A stretch of DNA of 64,000 nt from Hyphomicrobiales bacterium (GCA_024236395.1 JACKKO010000001.1:17345-81344); one strand, 5' to 3'; shown: positions 11,242 through 21,740, counted from the first letter of the stretch. The notes: a model not told the origin generated them from the sequence alone. A program made the numbers and translations.

Positions 11242-12012
11242 CTAGCCAAATCGCCCTTTGAGGTAATCCTTGGTTTCTTTTTCTTTCGGGTCTTCAAAGA
11301 GTTTCTTTGTCGCACCATCCTCTATGATACGTCCCAGATGGAAAAATGCTGTATAATCCGAAATCCGCCTTGCCTGTTGCATGGAGTGCGTCACCATCAC
11401 GATGGTGTATTTCTCCTTCAGTTCTTCAATTAGTTCCTCAATGGCCTCGGTGGCAATCGGGTCCAGTGCCGAACAGGGTTCGTCCATCAGCACCACTTCC
11501 GGATTGACGGCAATGGCACGGGCAATACACAAACGCTGTTGCTGTCCACCCGAGAGTGCTGTCCCCGGCATATCCAGCCGGTCTTTTACTTCCTTCCAGA
11601 GGCCGGCACGTTTTAGCGCTTTATGCACGATGGCATCGGCTTCCTCACGGGTTTCATACAAGCCATGAATACGCGGGCCATAGAGTACGTTATCATAAAT
11701 AGATTTGGGGAACGGATTTGGCTTCTGAAAGACCATCCCGATTTTTTCCCGCAGCAGCCCCACATCCACTTCCGGCGCATAAATATCATACCCATCCAGC
11801 AGCACCCGGCCTTCCACACGGCATCCTTCAATCCGGTCATTCATCCGGTTAAGGCAGCGCAGAAACGTGGACTTCCCACAGCCAGACGGACCAATCAGCG
11901 CGGTCACGTTGTTTTTAGGAATACTCAGGCTCACACCAAATAATGCCTGCGTCGCTCCATAAAAAACGCTGACCTTCTTTGCTTCTAATCGTGCTTTCTT
12001 TTTCTTCGGCAT
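11242..12012 (-). CDS. pstB: Phosphate ABC transporter ATP-binding protein
   Basis: Walker [10 protein letters not shown], signature LSGGQQQRL, Walker B LMDEP, and a PstB-typical length of 256 aa. Confidence 0.92.
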   Translation of the reverse strand: MPKKKKARLEAKKVSVFYGATQALFGVSLSIPKNNVTALIGPSGCGKSTFLRCLNRMNDRIEGCRVEGRVLLDGYDIYAPEVDVGLLREKIGMVFQKPNPFPKSIYDNVLYGPRIHGLYETREEADAIVHKALKRAGLWKEVKDRLDMPGTALSGGQQQRLCIARAIAVNPEVVLMDEPCSALDPIATEAIEELIEELKEKYTIVMVTHSMQQARRISDYTAFFHLGRIIEDGATKKLFEDPKEKETKDYLKGRFG

Positions 12013-12013
12013 A

Positions 12014-13354
12014 TTACCACTTATATTCGAATTTTCGGCGCAGGAACACCGCTAAAGCATTTAAAATCACCAAAACCCCTAGTAATACCAGAATAGCACC
12101 GGCGGTTTTCTCCATAAATGCCCGTTCCGGGCTATCTGCCCATAAATAAATCTGTACTGGTAATGCGGAAGCAGGATCCATCAGTGTGTGCGGTACATCC
12201 GCAATAAATGCCACCATGCCAATCATCAACAGCGGCGCAGTTTCCCCAAGCGCACGTGCCAGGCTGAGAATTGCACCCGTCATGATCCCCGGCAGAGCAA
12301 GCGGCAGAGTGTGGTGCAGTAATATCTGCATGGGGGATGCCCCAAGCCCAGCTGCCGCATCCCGAATGGAGGGCGGCACTGCCTTCAGGGCGTGGCGCGT
12401 GGTAATCACCATGGTAGGCAGCACCAGCATAGAGAGGGCAAGGCCCCCTACCAACGCCGAAGAACGCGGCATTTCAAACAGGTTCAGGAAAATCGCCAGC
12501 GCCAAAAGCCCAAAAATAATGGAAGGCACGGCAGCCAGATTATTGATGTTGACCTCAATGAAGTCCGTCCAGCGATTTTTGGGTGCAAATTCTTCCAGGT
12601 AGATGGCCGCCCCCACCCCCAGTGGCATCGCTACCAACAAGCAAACCAGCACAATATATAACGAACCAACAAAACTACCCAGCACCCCAGCCTGTTCCGG
12701 CTCACGGGAATCTGCACGGGTCAGGAACATCCCATTAAAACGCCGTGCCACCCGGTGTGTTTCCTGTAGTTTCTTAATAGCATCCAGCTGCTTCGGCCCC
12801 AGCTGCGCAGCCGCAGGGGTACCTGGTTTAATGCGCCCCTTCACCACCATATCTATGGTGGCAGACATCGGTACCCATACTTCCTGCCGGGTCCCCAATA
12901 ATTTCGGGTCTTTTTCTACCATGCGACGGAGCACCCTGCCAGTTTCATCACTCAGCATCCCATAGAGCTGGAAGCGCCCGGCACGTCCCGTTACGCTGGG
13001 AAACAGTTCCCGTAGTGACGCATGGGCTAATGCCCGGAAGTTTGCTTTATGGATTGATTCGCCCAGTTTTTCCGGTGCCACCCCCTGCGGCAGATGCAAT
13101 ATCTCGCGGTCAAACTGTATCGGCAACCGCACCTGCGTCTGGATAAACGCCCCCATTCCGGTTTTAATGATGGTCACCACCAGTACGATCAGGAAAAAAC
13201 AGGCAATCGTTACAGCGATCCGGCCATACCATCCGGCACGCGTCTCCTGTGCCCGGCGTTTGCGCATCAGGTCACGCTCCCCGGTACAGGCCGCCAGTGA
13301 AAGCGGGTGCAAACCAGCGTTTTCAGCAAATGTATCGGGGTGCAGATCAGTCAT
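12014..13354 (-). CDS. pstA: Phosphate ABC transporter permease PstA (long alphaproteobacterial form)
   Basis: Multi-TM permease with an EAA-loop region ([11 protein letters not shown]). It sits between pstC and pstB. Confidence 0.9.
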   Translation of the reverse strand: MTDLHPDTFAENAGLHPLSLAACTGERDLMRKRRAQETRAGWYGRIAVTIACFFLIVLVVTIIKTGMGAFIQTQVRLPIQFDREILHLPQGVAPEKLGESIHKANFRALAHASLRELFPSVTGRAGRFQLYGMLSDETGRVLRRMVEKDPKLLGTRQEVWVPMSATIDMVVKGRIKPGTPAAAQLGPKQLDAIKKLQETHRVARRFNGMFLTRADSREPEQAGVLGSFVGSLYIVLVCLLVAMPLGVGAAIYLEEFAPKNRWTDFIEVNINNLAAVPSIIFGLLALAIFLNLFEMPRSSALVGGLALSMLVLPTMVITTRHALKAVPPSIRDAAAGLGASPMQILLHHTLPLALPGIMTGAILSLARALGETAPLLMIGMVAFIADVPHTLMDPASALPVQIYLWADSPERAFMEKTAGAILVLLGVLVILNALAVFLRRKFEYKW

Positions 13355-14543
13355 ACCGCTCCCTGAACCGTTTCACAATCACCAGTGCCGCAATGTTCAG
13401 CAATAGTGTTAATACAAATAATGTTAGCCCAAGCGCAAAGGCAGAAAGGGTTTTAGCACTATCAAATTCCTGATCTCCCACCAGCAGGGTGACGATCTGC
13501 ACGGTGACAGTGGTCACCGGTTCCAGCGGGCTAAGCGTCATATTCGCCGCCAGCCCTGCCGCCATCACCACGATCATGGTTTCCCCAATCGCCCGGGAAA
13601 TCGCCAGCAGAAATGCCCCCATAATCCCCGGCAGGGCCGCCGGAACAATCACGCGCCAGACCGTTTCTGCCCGCGTAGCACCCAGCGCATACGAACCATC
13701 ACGAAGCGCCGTTGGCACGGCATGCATCACGTCGTCCGTCAGGGACAGTACGAACGGAATAATCATGATTCCCATCACCGTTCCCGCTACAAAAGCACTT
13801 TCCGTAGCGACATCCATTCCCATCCAGCTGCATACTTCCCGCAGGGTCGGCCCGAAGAGCACCGCCGCAAAGAAACCATAAACCACGGTGGGAATTCCCG
13901 CCAGAAGCTCTAGCACCGGCTTCAGAATGGCACGGGTATGCCGCTGGGCATATTCCGAAAGATAGATCGCCGAAAACAGGCCAAGTGGCCCTGCTACACC
14001 CACGGCGATTGTCGTAACCAACAACGTTCCGGTAAAGACTGGCACGGCACCAAAATGCGTTCCCAGTGTTTCCGGCGTGGCATACCCGGCAGATTGTGGG
14101 CTCCATTTCGTACCAAAAAGAAAATCATGAAGCGGAACTTCCTGAAAGAAATGCACGGACTCCAGCAACACCGAACCTACAATTAGCAAGGTTATCAGGA
14201 TGGACATTGCGGCCGCCAATTTCAGCACCAACATCAGCCATTGCTCAACATGCTTGCGGGCATGAAAACGGGGTGAAATGAGGAGCCATACTAAAAAAAT
14301 CGCCAGCACCGCCACCAGTAATGGTAGCGTATAATTATCTTTTGCATCGGTAAATATACCCGCCAGATAAATCATACCCGCAGGTAGCACCGCCCATATT
14401 ACCGCACACCAGCCGTAATAGTGTGGCAGCGCGGCTAAACGCTCTCCTGAAACGTGCCGGCGTTTATTAACTTGTTGTTTGGTAATCTGAAACCCTAGAG
14501 AAACGATCACCAAAGCACTTATGAGAAATTGCAGGGTCGTCAT
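13347..14543 (-). CDS. pstC: Phosphate ABC transporter permease PstC
   Basis: Multi-TM permease with an EAA-like loop (SRAIGETMIV). It overlaps the pstA start by 8 nt. Confidence 0.9.
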   Translation of the reverse strand: MTTLQFLISALVIVSLGFQITKQQVNKRRHVSGERLAALPHYYGWCAVIWAVLPAGMIYLAGIFTDAKDNYTLPLLVAVLAIFLVWLLISPRFHARKHVEQWLMLVLKLAAAMSILITLLIVGSVLLESVHFFQEVPLHDFLFGTKWSPQSAGYATPETLGTHFGAVPVFTGTLLVTTIAVGVAGPLGLFSAIYLSEYAQRHTRAILKPVLELLAGIPTVVYGFFAAVLFGPTLREVCSWMGMDVATESAFVAGTVMGIMIIPFVLSLTDDVMHAVPTALRDGSYALGATRAETVWRVIVPAALPGIMGAFLLAISRAIGETMIVVMAAGLAANMTLSPLEPVTTVTVQIVTLLVGDQEFDSAKTLSAFALGLTLFVLTLLLNIAALVIVKRFRERYD

Positions 14544-14607
14544 ACGGGTTTGCCTTTAGCTACGGCCATAGTCACCCTATACGGCAGAAATTCCTCAATT
14601 GCAACCA

Positions 14608-16092
14608 TTATGCCGATGATTTTTCCTGCTTTTTTGTTTTTTCTACTATTGGAAGCAGAACGGTAAAGGTGCTTCCTTTGCCAGGGGAGCTGACAACATC
14701 CAGATAACCGCCATGACGTTCCAATATATGCTTCACAATGGCTAAACCCAGTCCTGTACCGCTTATCTTATGGGTTTTTGTACTATTGACGCGATAAAAA
14801 CGCTCCGTCAGACGTGGAATATGTTCCCGGGGAATGCCGATGCCATCATCGATTACATCCACCGTTATATAGCGCCCGGTTAGTCGCTTACCATCACATG
14901 CGAGTAAAGGATTGCCCTTTTCTTGCATGCTCACAATCACTTTACCCCCTTCTTTGCCATATTTAATGGCATTGGTAACAAGGTTATCAAATAGCATCTG
15001 TAACTGCCCGCCATCCCCATATATTTTAGGGAGCGGTGCTTCCGGTTCATTTAGTAGCAACGTTATGTGGTGTGCGTCAGAAGAAAAACGTTCCTGGTCA
15101 ATAACATCCTCAAGTATATTCCATATATTTACCCGTTCTGTAGGTGAAGAGAAGCGATTCATCTCGATTTTAGATAACGAGAGCAAATCATTTACCAGCT
15201 GCTCCATACGCTCTGCCTGTCCGGCCATTAGTTCCAGAAAATGCGCCTGTGCTTCCGGATCATCCCGTGCTGCCGTTTGCAATGTTTCCACAAAACCTTT
15301 TAGACTGGTAAGCGGGGTGCGGATTTCATGGCTGGCATTTGCTACAAAATCTGCCAGTGTTTTTTCGGTACGCTTCTGCTCTGTGACATCATGGAATGAC
15401 ATGACCAGGGCGATTCCTCCCTGTGATGGCACCGGAAAACGCTGCATACTAACCTGGTACTCACGTAAGCGACTTCCCTGATATTCTACCGTCCGACCCT
15501 TCTCTTTGAGCAAGACATTATTTGCTGCTTCCCGAATAACCGGACTTTCTATTACCTCGGGCAAATGCTCCAGCAGCTCACCGAATACACGTCTGGCAGT
15601 GTGATTTGTACGGACAACGCGCAGCTGTTCGTCCAGCATTACGACAGCATCGGGCAAAATATCCAGCAAAATTCGGTTCTCAATCACTGTACTTTCCAGC
15701 CGTGTTCTGCGCACTTCCCAGGAATGATGCAGGCGACTGATGGCTTCTGTCAGTTCTTCCACATTATTCAGAAAGCTCAGGTTTGGCGGTTGGGCCTTAT
15801 GATCCTGTGATAATTCATTTACATAATGGGTAAGTGCCAGCAGGTTAGCGATATACGGCCAGATAAACAGGACCGAAAGTATAAAGATGAATAGTGCCCC
15901 GACCAAAGCATGCGTAAGATTAAGTACACCAAAGAACACATAGGCTGCCAATAGCATGTACGCTGCCAGGCCAATGATCGCTGTTCCCTTCAGAATGGTA
16001 CGTAAGGGTACACGCTGGCTTAATCCAGGGGAGAACCACAGCGGCATTACACGTTTCCTCTCGTTGCTCTCAACCATGTCGCATTGTCTCAA
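14608..16092 (-). CDS. phoR: Phosphate regulon sensor histidine kinase
   Basis: Two N-terminal TM helices, a PAS-like region, H-box FVANASHEIRTPLT, and N, G1 and G2 boxes (NAIKY, DDGIGI, GTGLGLAIV). The start is ambiguous (16092, 16077 or 16047). Confidence 0.8.
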   Translation of the reverse strand: MRQCDMVESNERKRVMPLWFSPGLSQRVPLRTILKGTAIIGLAAYMLLAAYVFFGVLNLTHALVGALFIFILSVLFIWPYIANLLALTHYVNELSQDHKAQPPNLSFLNNVEELTEAISRLHHSWEVRRTRLESTVIENRILLDILPDAVVMLDEQLRVVRTNHTARRVFGELLEHLPEVIESPVIREAANNVLLKEKGRTVEYQGSRLREYQVSMQRFPVPSQGGIALVMSFHDVTEQKRTEKTLADFVANASHEIRTPLTSLKGFVETLQTAARDDPEAQAHFLELMAGQAERMEQLVNDLLSLSKIEMNRFSSPTERVNIWNILEDVIDQERFSSDAHHITLLLNEPEAPLPKIYGDGGQLQMLFDNLVTNAIKYGKEGGKVIVSMQEKGNPLLACDGKRLTGRYITVDVIDDGIGIPREHIPRLTERFYRVNSTKTHKISGTGLGLAIVKHILERHGGYLDVVSSPGKGSTFTVLLPIVEKTKKQEKSSA

Positions 16093-16130
16093 ATTGCTCC
16101 AACCCTGTCAAAGTAAGCCTTATCTTGAGA

Positions 16131-16158
16131 TAAAAGAAAAGGGCGCCAATAGGCGCCC
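16131..16158 (-). terminator. Rho-independent terminator of the RTX-repeat gene
   Basis: On the minus strand: GGGCGCC-tatt-GGCGCCC followed by TTTTCTTTT, 27 nt after the stop codon. Confidence 0.7.
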
Positions 16159-16184
16159 TTCCCTTTACCTTAGGTCGGATCTGA

Positions 16185-18698
16185 CTAGACGAAGTCGCCA
16201 GAGGCCAGGTCACCCGCAGTGACACCTGCCAGTTTGGCAATGACTTCAATTTCGCCAGAGTCAACGTCACCGCCGCTATCCACGGTGTCATCCCAGCGCC
16301 ACAGCACCACGTTACCGGAACCATCGTTGATGGCGAAGATCATGACATCATCCGCTGTCGCCGTGTAGTTCAGGTTGCCAATGACGTTCGCAGCACCGGT
16401 TTGCGAGGTCGCGGTTTGACCGCTGATATCCACCGCAATCACTGTACCCGTCACTGCAGTACCCACTGCGGTAACCGACTGGAAGCTGATACCTGTCGTG
16501 GTACCATCAACCAGAGCCGTACCATTGTAATCAATGTTATCATCGGAGGTTGTTCCGCCCGCGTTGAAGTTATTGATTACGTCACAGGCTGTACTGGAAG
16601 TACCGGTCACATCCGCTTCCGCGAATATGAAGGTATCCACACCATCACCACCATCCATGGTATCGTTACCCGTACCACCCGTGATGATATCGTTACCCGC
16701 ACCACCGGACAGCACGTCGTCATTCGCACCACCGGTAATACTATCAGCACCGGAGCCACCGGTAATACTGTCATTACCGTTACCGCCGGAAATGGTATCG
16801 TTACCCGTACCACCTTCCACCGTATCGGCAGAGGTGCTACCCGTAACCGTGATGGCCACACCGTCTTTACCAACAACGCGGCTACCACCCACCAGCGTTA
16901 CCGCGGAAGTGGTTCCGATAATCACATCATTGGTTGAGGTTACAGCGGAAGTATCGAGGCTGACCGCATCGTCACCCGCAATCTCCACACCGTGGCTGCC
17001 TGAAGTACCGGCCTTGTTAGTGGCATCAGAGGTTGCGACAAAGCTATCCGACAACACCAGCGTGTCCGTTCCCGAACCACCGGTCAGCGAAATCACTTCA
17101 AAACCAACAGTGTTAGCCAGATCGGTGCCGTTAATAGCGTATTCCACCGCACCGGTCAGTGACAGGGTATCCGTACCCGAGCCACCAATTAGTGAATCAT
17201 CAGTTGTCAGGTTATCGGCCGTGAATTTTACGACATCATTTCCGGCACCGCCATCAATGAAGTTATCACCGGTGCTACCATCCAGCGTATCGTTACCATC
17301 ACCACCGGAGATGGTTTCGTTACCACCGGCACCCGTGATGCTGTCGTCACCGGCATCACCACTCAGGCTGGAATTACCAGCACCACCCGTGATGATGTCG
17401 TTCCCGGCACCACCGCTGACGGTATCATCACCAGCAGAGGTGGACAGGCTGTCATCACCGTCACCACCACTGATGCTATCATCATTAGCACCACCGTCAA
17501 TGGTATCATTCCCGGCACCACCGTTAATGGTGTCGTTATTGGCACCGCCGTCAATGGTGTCATCACCCAGGTTACCATTCAGACTATCAGCACCGGCACC
17601 ACCGGAGATGGTATCGTTACCCTGACCGCCTTTCAGCGTATCCGCACCGGAACCACCGACCAGGCTGTCATCACCCGCGTTACCATTAACACTCAGCGTA
17701 CCCGTACCACCGCTGCCTGTGATGGTATCGTTACCATCACCGCCAACCACCGTGGTCACATCACTGTTTGTGGAACCCGGAGCAACGGTAATGCTGTCAT
17801 TACCCGCACCGCCATCCACGTTATCGGAACCCGAGGAACTGCTAATGGTATCGTTGCCGTCACCACCAGTAATCACATCGGCACCGGTACCGCCCGTAAT
17901 GCTGTCATCACCCAGGTCACCTCTCAGCGTATCATTCAGACCGCCACCGACGAGGGTATCATTCCCCTGGCCGCCGCGCAGACTATCACTACCTGCACCA
18001 CCACCCATACTATCGTCACCGGCGTTACCGTTGACGTTAAAGGAAGAAGCGGCACTACCCGCACCCGCCGTATTGAGAGAATCGTTACCGTCACCACCGT
18101 AGATCGTGATACCGGTCACCTGGCTTGCTGCCGTCACCGTGTCATCACCATTATCCCCGTAGATCACGTCATTACCGGTGCCGGCCGCAATCGAGTCGTT
18201 ACCCTGGCCACCGCGCAGCGTTTCACTACCCGTACCACCCGTAATGGTATCGTTCCCGGCATTACCTTGAATGTAGCTGCTGCCGGAACCGCCCGTAATG
18301 GAATCGGCACCGTCACCACCATACAGCTTGTCGCTACCACCACCGCTGGTGATGGTATCGTTACCACCCAGACCGAAGGCCAGGTCATTCACACCCGTAC
18401 CGCTAATCGAGTTGCCTACACCGTCCAGCGAGGTATTGGTTGTATTGTCACCCACCGTCACTGTGCTGCTATCGGAGAAGACCAGCGTGCTGCTTGTCAG
18501 CGCTTCGTCCGTGAAGCTGCTGATCGTCACATTACCAAGCGGCGTGCTGATCGTTAGATTCCCGCCACTTTCGGACAGCGTAATGTCCGTTGCGGAAATC
18601 AGCGTGTTATTGAAAATATCAAACGTGAGGGTATCCGTACCCGCCACGAAGCTGCTTATCGTCGTTCCAACTACCGACGAAAAATTGTAATTTGCCAT
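16185..18698 (-). CDS. RTX (hemolysin-type calcium-binding, GGxGxD nonapeptide) repeat protein, 837 aa, probable type I secretion substrate
   Basis: Dozens of GGxGxDxUx repeats (for example GGAGNDTIDGGANDDSISGGDGDD). No signal peptide. Acidic C-terminal tail ...GEIEVIAKLAGVTAGDLASGDFV of the T1SS C-terminal target type. Confidence 0.85.
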   Translation of the reverse strand: MANYNFSSVVGTTISSFVAGTDTLTFDIFNNTLISATDITLSESGGNLTISTPLGNVTISSFTDEALTSSTLVFSDSSTVTVGDNTTNTSLDGVGNSISGTGVNDLAFGLGGNDTITSGGGSDKLYGGDGADSITGGSGSSYIQGNAGNDTITGGTGSETLRGGQGNDSIAAGTGNDVIYGDNGDDTVTAASQVTGITIYGGDGNDSLNTAGAGSAASSFNVNGNAGDDSMGGGAGSDSLRGGQGNDTLVGGGLNDTLRGDLGDDSITGGTGADVITGGDGNDTISSSSGSDNVDGGAGNDSITVAPGSTNSDVTTVVGGDGNDTITGSGGTGTLSVNGNAGDDSLVGGSGADTLKGGQGNDTISGGAGADSLNGNLGDDTIDGGANNDTINGGAGNDTIDGGANDDSISGGDGDDSLSTSAGDDTVSGGAGNDIITGGAGNSSLSGDAGDDSITGAGGNETISGGDGNDTLDGSTGDNFIDGGAGNDVVKFTADNLTTDDSLIGGSGTDTLSLTGAVEYAINGTDLANTVGFEVISLTGGSGTDTLVLSDSFVATSDATNKAGTSGSHGVEIAGDDAVSLDTSAVTSTNDVIIGTTSAVTLVGGSRVVGKDGVAITVTGSTSADTVEGGTGNDTISGGNGNDSITGGSGADSITGGANDDVLSGGAGNDIITGGTGNDTMDGGDGVDTFIFAEADVTGTSSTACDVINNFNAGGTTSDDNIDYNGTALVDGTTTGISFQSVTAVGTAVTGTVIAVDISGQTATSQTGAANVIGNLNYTATADDVMIFAINDGSGNVVLWRWDDTVDSGGDVDSGEIEVIAKLAGVTAGDLASGDFV

Positions 18699-18922
18699 GA
18701 ATCTAACCCCTTATGTTAAATTACAGTTTACACCCAACTACCCTGCGGAACAGGGTACGTGGGATATATACCGCGTCCCCCTCCCTCCACAGAAGGAAGA
18801 AATCACTACGTCATGTAGACGAATCGCGTTAAAAGTACAAGCACTTTTACACGCAAAGTTCAACAGATTTTGCCAATACAACATATTTACCACACCATAA
18901 CGTGCCGCCACAAAATAAAGCT

Positions 18923-18938
18923 GTTGCATTAATGCAAC
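18923..18938 (-). terminator. Perfect 16-nt palindrome GTTGCATTAATGCAAC after the sulfotransferase gene (probable terminator)
   Basis: It starts 4 nt after the stop at 18942. On the minus strand it is followed by AGCTTTATTTTGTGG. Confidence 0.45.
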
Positions 18939-18941
18939 AAG

Positions 18942-20441
18942 CTACTTCATGCCACTTTCACCCTTTGGATAGCGTTCTTCCAAAACCATTCGCACTGATT
19001 CTGGCATCGCATATGTTGTGTTTTCAAACACACGTTTTTGCAATTCTGCATCCTGGATGTCATCATATATCTTAGCCGAGATTCCCAAATGCTGACAGAC
19101 CTTCTTCAGAAACTGACGCGGCTCCGTCTGTAACAGCTCAAATGGCAGCACACAGAACTGACTCTCCGGGAATACGGATTTCCAGCGCACCAGAATTCCT
19201 GCATAATCCCCTCGCTGGCGTGAGGCGTCAGAGATTACATGCCGCTCAAACCACTCCGGCGGCGTGGTCTCTGGCTTCCGCCCCTGTTTCGTTAAATCCA
19301 TCAGCGCATGCGACCAGGCCCGCTCCATAGGATCACGGGTGATGAACAGAATCCGTAATTTCGGATTTAACGCATAGATCTCTTTTATACGCTCCCGGCT
19401 AAGCAATGCATAGGCCGGCGTAATCTCACCCTGCACTTTCCCGGTTTCGGTAAAGTGGGAGCAATACCATTCTACCCCCCGCGCGTGATACATATCCCAG
19501 AAATGCATTTCTTTGGCTGGCATGTAGATATCCGGATGCCGTGCCAGTTGTGCATGCAGCCATGTCGTGCCTGCCTTCTGCGCACCGATACACAGAAAAT
19601 CAGGTTTGTACTGCTTTTGTATCCGGCCAAATTTCGGCAAGGAGAATATCCGTTTCTTTTTCTGCACTTCCGTTTCTTGCCGGAGAACCGTTTCATAGAG
19701 CGCCTGATCCAGCTCGGTTAGTGTTTCGATTTTTCTTTGCAATCCCGGAGCAAGTGGCTCTGGTGGCCGGGGGGCAGCATTCAGCAGCGGTACCGCTGCA
19801 TCATCAAACTGCCAGTCAAATATACGCTCCAGCCGTTCCACCATCTCAGGCAAATGCTCGGTTGTCCCGACCGCTGTGCACTGCTTTAGCCGCTCCTCTG
19901 CCAGATAAAACAAATCCGGCACATCAAGCGGCGTGTCGCCATAGGCCATTAACCGCCCGAGGCTAGGGGGTACTACCGGTTGGTCTTCATGATCCAGCAC
20001 TTCCCTGGCCAGATTCCATGTTTCGGCGAGGTTCCGCGTCTGGAAGTTGGTCACCAGCTTTACCAAGGGCGGATATTCCAGCATCTCCTCCACGGAAACA
20101 TCGCGTCCGGCAAAGACCGGGTGCATCCAGTGGCTTTGCTCGCGCTGAATATGCCGGCAATGCGAAACCGTTCGCGCCACCGGGTCACGCAACAGGGTAA
20201 TTACCCGTGGCCGCGCGGGCAGATACGGCACCAGCGTCCAGCCCATATGCCCACGGATAAAAAGGTATTCTCCCAATGTGTTGGCATCGCCCCGCCGGAC
20301 AAACTCCGCCAGCTCGTGTGTCAGGTAAACCGGTGCAATTTCCTGCTCCGTAAACCGGGATTCCAGAAGCGTACGAAAGGATGTACCCGCCGTTTTAGCA
20401 ATATGCAGGAAATAGATTTGCCGCCCGTTCCGTGTGTGCAT
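18942..20441 (-). CDS. Two-domain sulfotransferase (N-terminal and C-terminal PAPS-dependent sulfotransferase-like halves)
   Basis: N-half: HIAKTAGTS (5'-PSB-like) and LLRDPVARTVSH (3'-PB-like). C-half: IGAQKAGTTWL and ITRDPMERAWSH. 499 aa. Confidence 0.75.
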   Translation of the reverse strand: MHTRNGRQIYFLHIAKTAGTSFRTLLESRFTEQEIAPVYLTHELAEFVRRGDANTLGEYLFIRGHMGWTLVPYLPARPRVITLLRDPVARTVSHCRHIQREQSHWMHPVFAGRDVSVEEMLEYPPLVKLVTNFQTRNLAETWNLAREVLDHEDQPVVPPSLGRLMAYGDTPLDVPDLFYLAEERLKQCTAVGTTEHLPEMVERLERIFDWQFDDAAVPLLNAAPRPPEPLAPGLQRKIETLTELDQALYETVLRQETEVQKKKRIFSLPKFGRIQKQYKPDFLCIGAQKAGTTWLHAQLARHPDIYMPAKEMHFWDMYHARGVEWYCSHFTETGKVQGEITPAYALLSRERIKEIYALNPKLRILFITRDPMERAWSHALMDLTKQGRKPETTPPEWFERHVISDASRQRGDYAGILVRWKSVFPESQFCVLPFELLQTEPRQFLKKVCQHLGISAKIYDDIQDAELQKRVFENTTYAMPESVRMVLEERYPKGESGMK

Positions 20442-20450
20442 GATAGCCCT

Positions 20451-21740
20451 TTATAGCCCCTTGATTGAGGCTTGTGCTTCAAAATCGACGGTACCAGTGG
20501 CCGTCAGCTCTGCCTCATCGGCCACCCGGAACATACAGGCATCCACAATCCGGTGCAGCATCACCCGCTCACCCTCCACCATGCCACTGCATCCGGCATT
20601 GGTAAAATAATTCCCCGGCAACAACCGGCAGCAAAAACGAAAGCAGACTTCCAGCACCGTGCCTTCCGGTAGTGACGCAATGGCCTGCTTTTCGGTATGC
20701 GAGGTAGCACCCCCCAGCACCACGCCGCGCAGCGTCTTCAGATTCATGCCAAAGCGCACCCCGGAAGCCTCTTCCGTAAACGTGACCGTATAATGATACT
20801 GGTAAGTTTCGCCCCGCGTTAGTACATTGACTTCTTCCCCGGCCAGTGTCGTGATGCGTGGGTTAGAAATCTCCGCCCCGCGGGGAACATACGTGACCGT
20901 ACTTTCCGGCTGCATCCCCGCATCCAGCTGGCCACCTTCCTCCACGCCCTCCTGGGGAACACCACCACGTATTGCCTCACGGATTTCCCCTACCTGCGCC
21001 TCCGGCGCAAACAGCAAACGGTGATACTGCCCGAGCACAGCCTTGGGCGATCCATCCATCAGCATCTCGCCGCCATCCATCAGGATGGCACGGGTACAGA
21101 GCTCCTGCACGGTCCCCGGCGCATGCGATACAAATAAGATCGTTGTGCCATTCTGCTGCATCTGCTGAATCCGGGAAAAGCATTTGCGCTGGAATGCCGC
21201 ATCTCCCACCGAAAGCGCTTCGTCCACAATCAGAACCTCCGGGTCTGAGGCCACTGCTACGGCGAAGGCCAGCCGTACATACATCCCGCTGGAATAGGTT
21301 TTAACCGGTTGGGCAATATGCGCCGCATCAATGCCAGAAAACGTTACGATAGCATCGTATTTTTCGGTAATCTCCCGCCGGGACATCCCCAGCAGCGCTC
21401 CGTTCATATAAATATTCTCACAACCGGAAAATTCCGGGTTGAACCCCGCCCCCAGTTCCAGCAACGCCGAGATACGCCCATCTACCTTCACCGTCCCCCC
21501 GGTAGGAAACACCGTCCCACAGATCAGTTGCAGCAAGGTGGATTTACCCGAACCGTTCCTCCCCACAATCCCCACCGTTTCCCCACGCTTAATTGTCAAG
21601 TTCAGCGGCTTTAACGCTTCAAACGGGGTGAACCATTGCCTCCACCGGAAGATATATTGTTTCAGCCGGTCAGACGGGTGGGCATAGAGAAAATACGTCT
21701 TGGAGAGGTTCTGGATGGTAATGGCCACATCAGAGCACAT
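20451..21740 (-). CDS. wzt: ABC-2 polysaccharide/O-antigen exporter ATP-binding protein with C-terminal extension (Wzt/TagH-like)
   Basis: Walker A GRNGSGKST, signature YSSGMYVRLAFA, Walker B LIVDEALSVGD, then about 180 aa of non-NBD C-terminal domain. Start set at MCSDVAITIQNL, overlapping the wzm stop. Confidence 0.85.
   Translation of the reverse strand: MCSDVAITIQNLSKTYFLYAHPSDRLKQYIFRWRQWFTPFEALKPLNLTIKRGETVGIVGRNGSGKSTLLQLICGTVFPTGGTVKVDGRISALLELGAGFNPEFSGCENIYMNGALLGMSRREITEKYDAIVTFSGIDAAHIAQPVKTYSSGMYVRLAFAVAVASDPEVLIVDEALSVGDAAFQRKCFSRIQQMQQNGTTILFVSHAPGTVQELCTRAILMDGGEMLMDGSPKAVLGQYHRLLFAPEAQVGEIREAIRGGVPQEGVEEGGQLDAGMQPESTVTYVPRGAEISNPRITTLAGEEVNVLTRGETYQYHYTVTFTEEASGVRFGMNLKTLRGVVLGGATSHTEKQAIASLPEGTVLEVCFRFCCRLLPGNYFTNAGCSGMVEGERVMLHRIVDACMFRVADEAELTATGTVDFEAQASIKGL

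Noticed and set aside
14544-16130. Pho boxes (CTGTCAT-N4-CTGTCAT) upstream of pstC and phoR.
   Set aside because: Only single degenerate half-sites were found, for example CTGTCAA at about 16106-16112. I found no properly spaced direct repeat, so I make no call.
16401-18690. Several long plus-strand ORFs (for example 16534-17625, 363 aa) and nested minus-strand ORFs inside the RTX gene.
   Set aside because: They are antisense or off-frame shadows of the GGxGxD-encoding repeats. Their products are monotonous Pro/Ser/Val-rich low-complexity sequence. They also lie entirely within a gene that has clear protein-level signatures.
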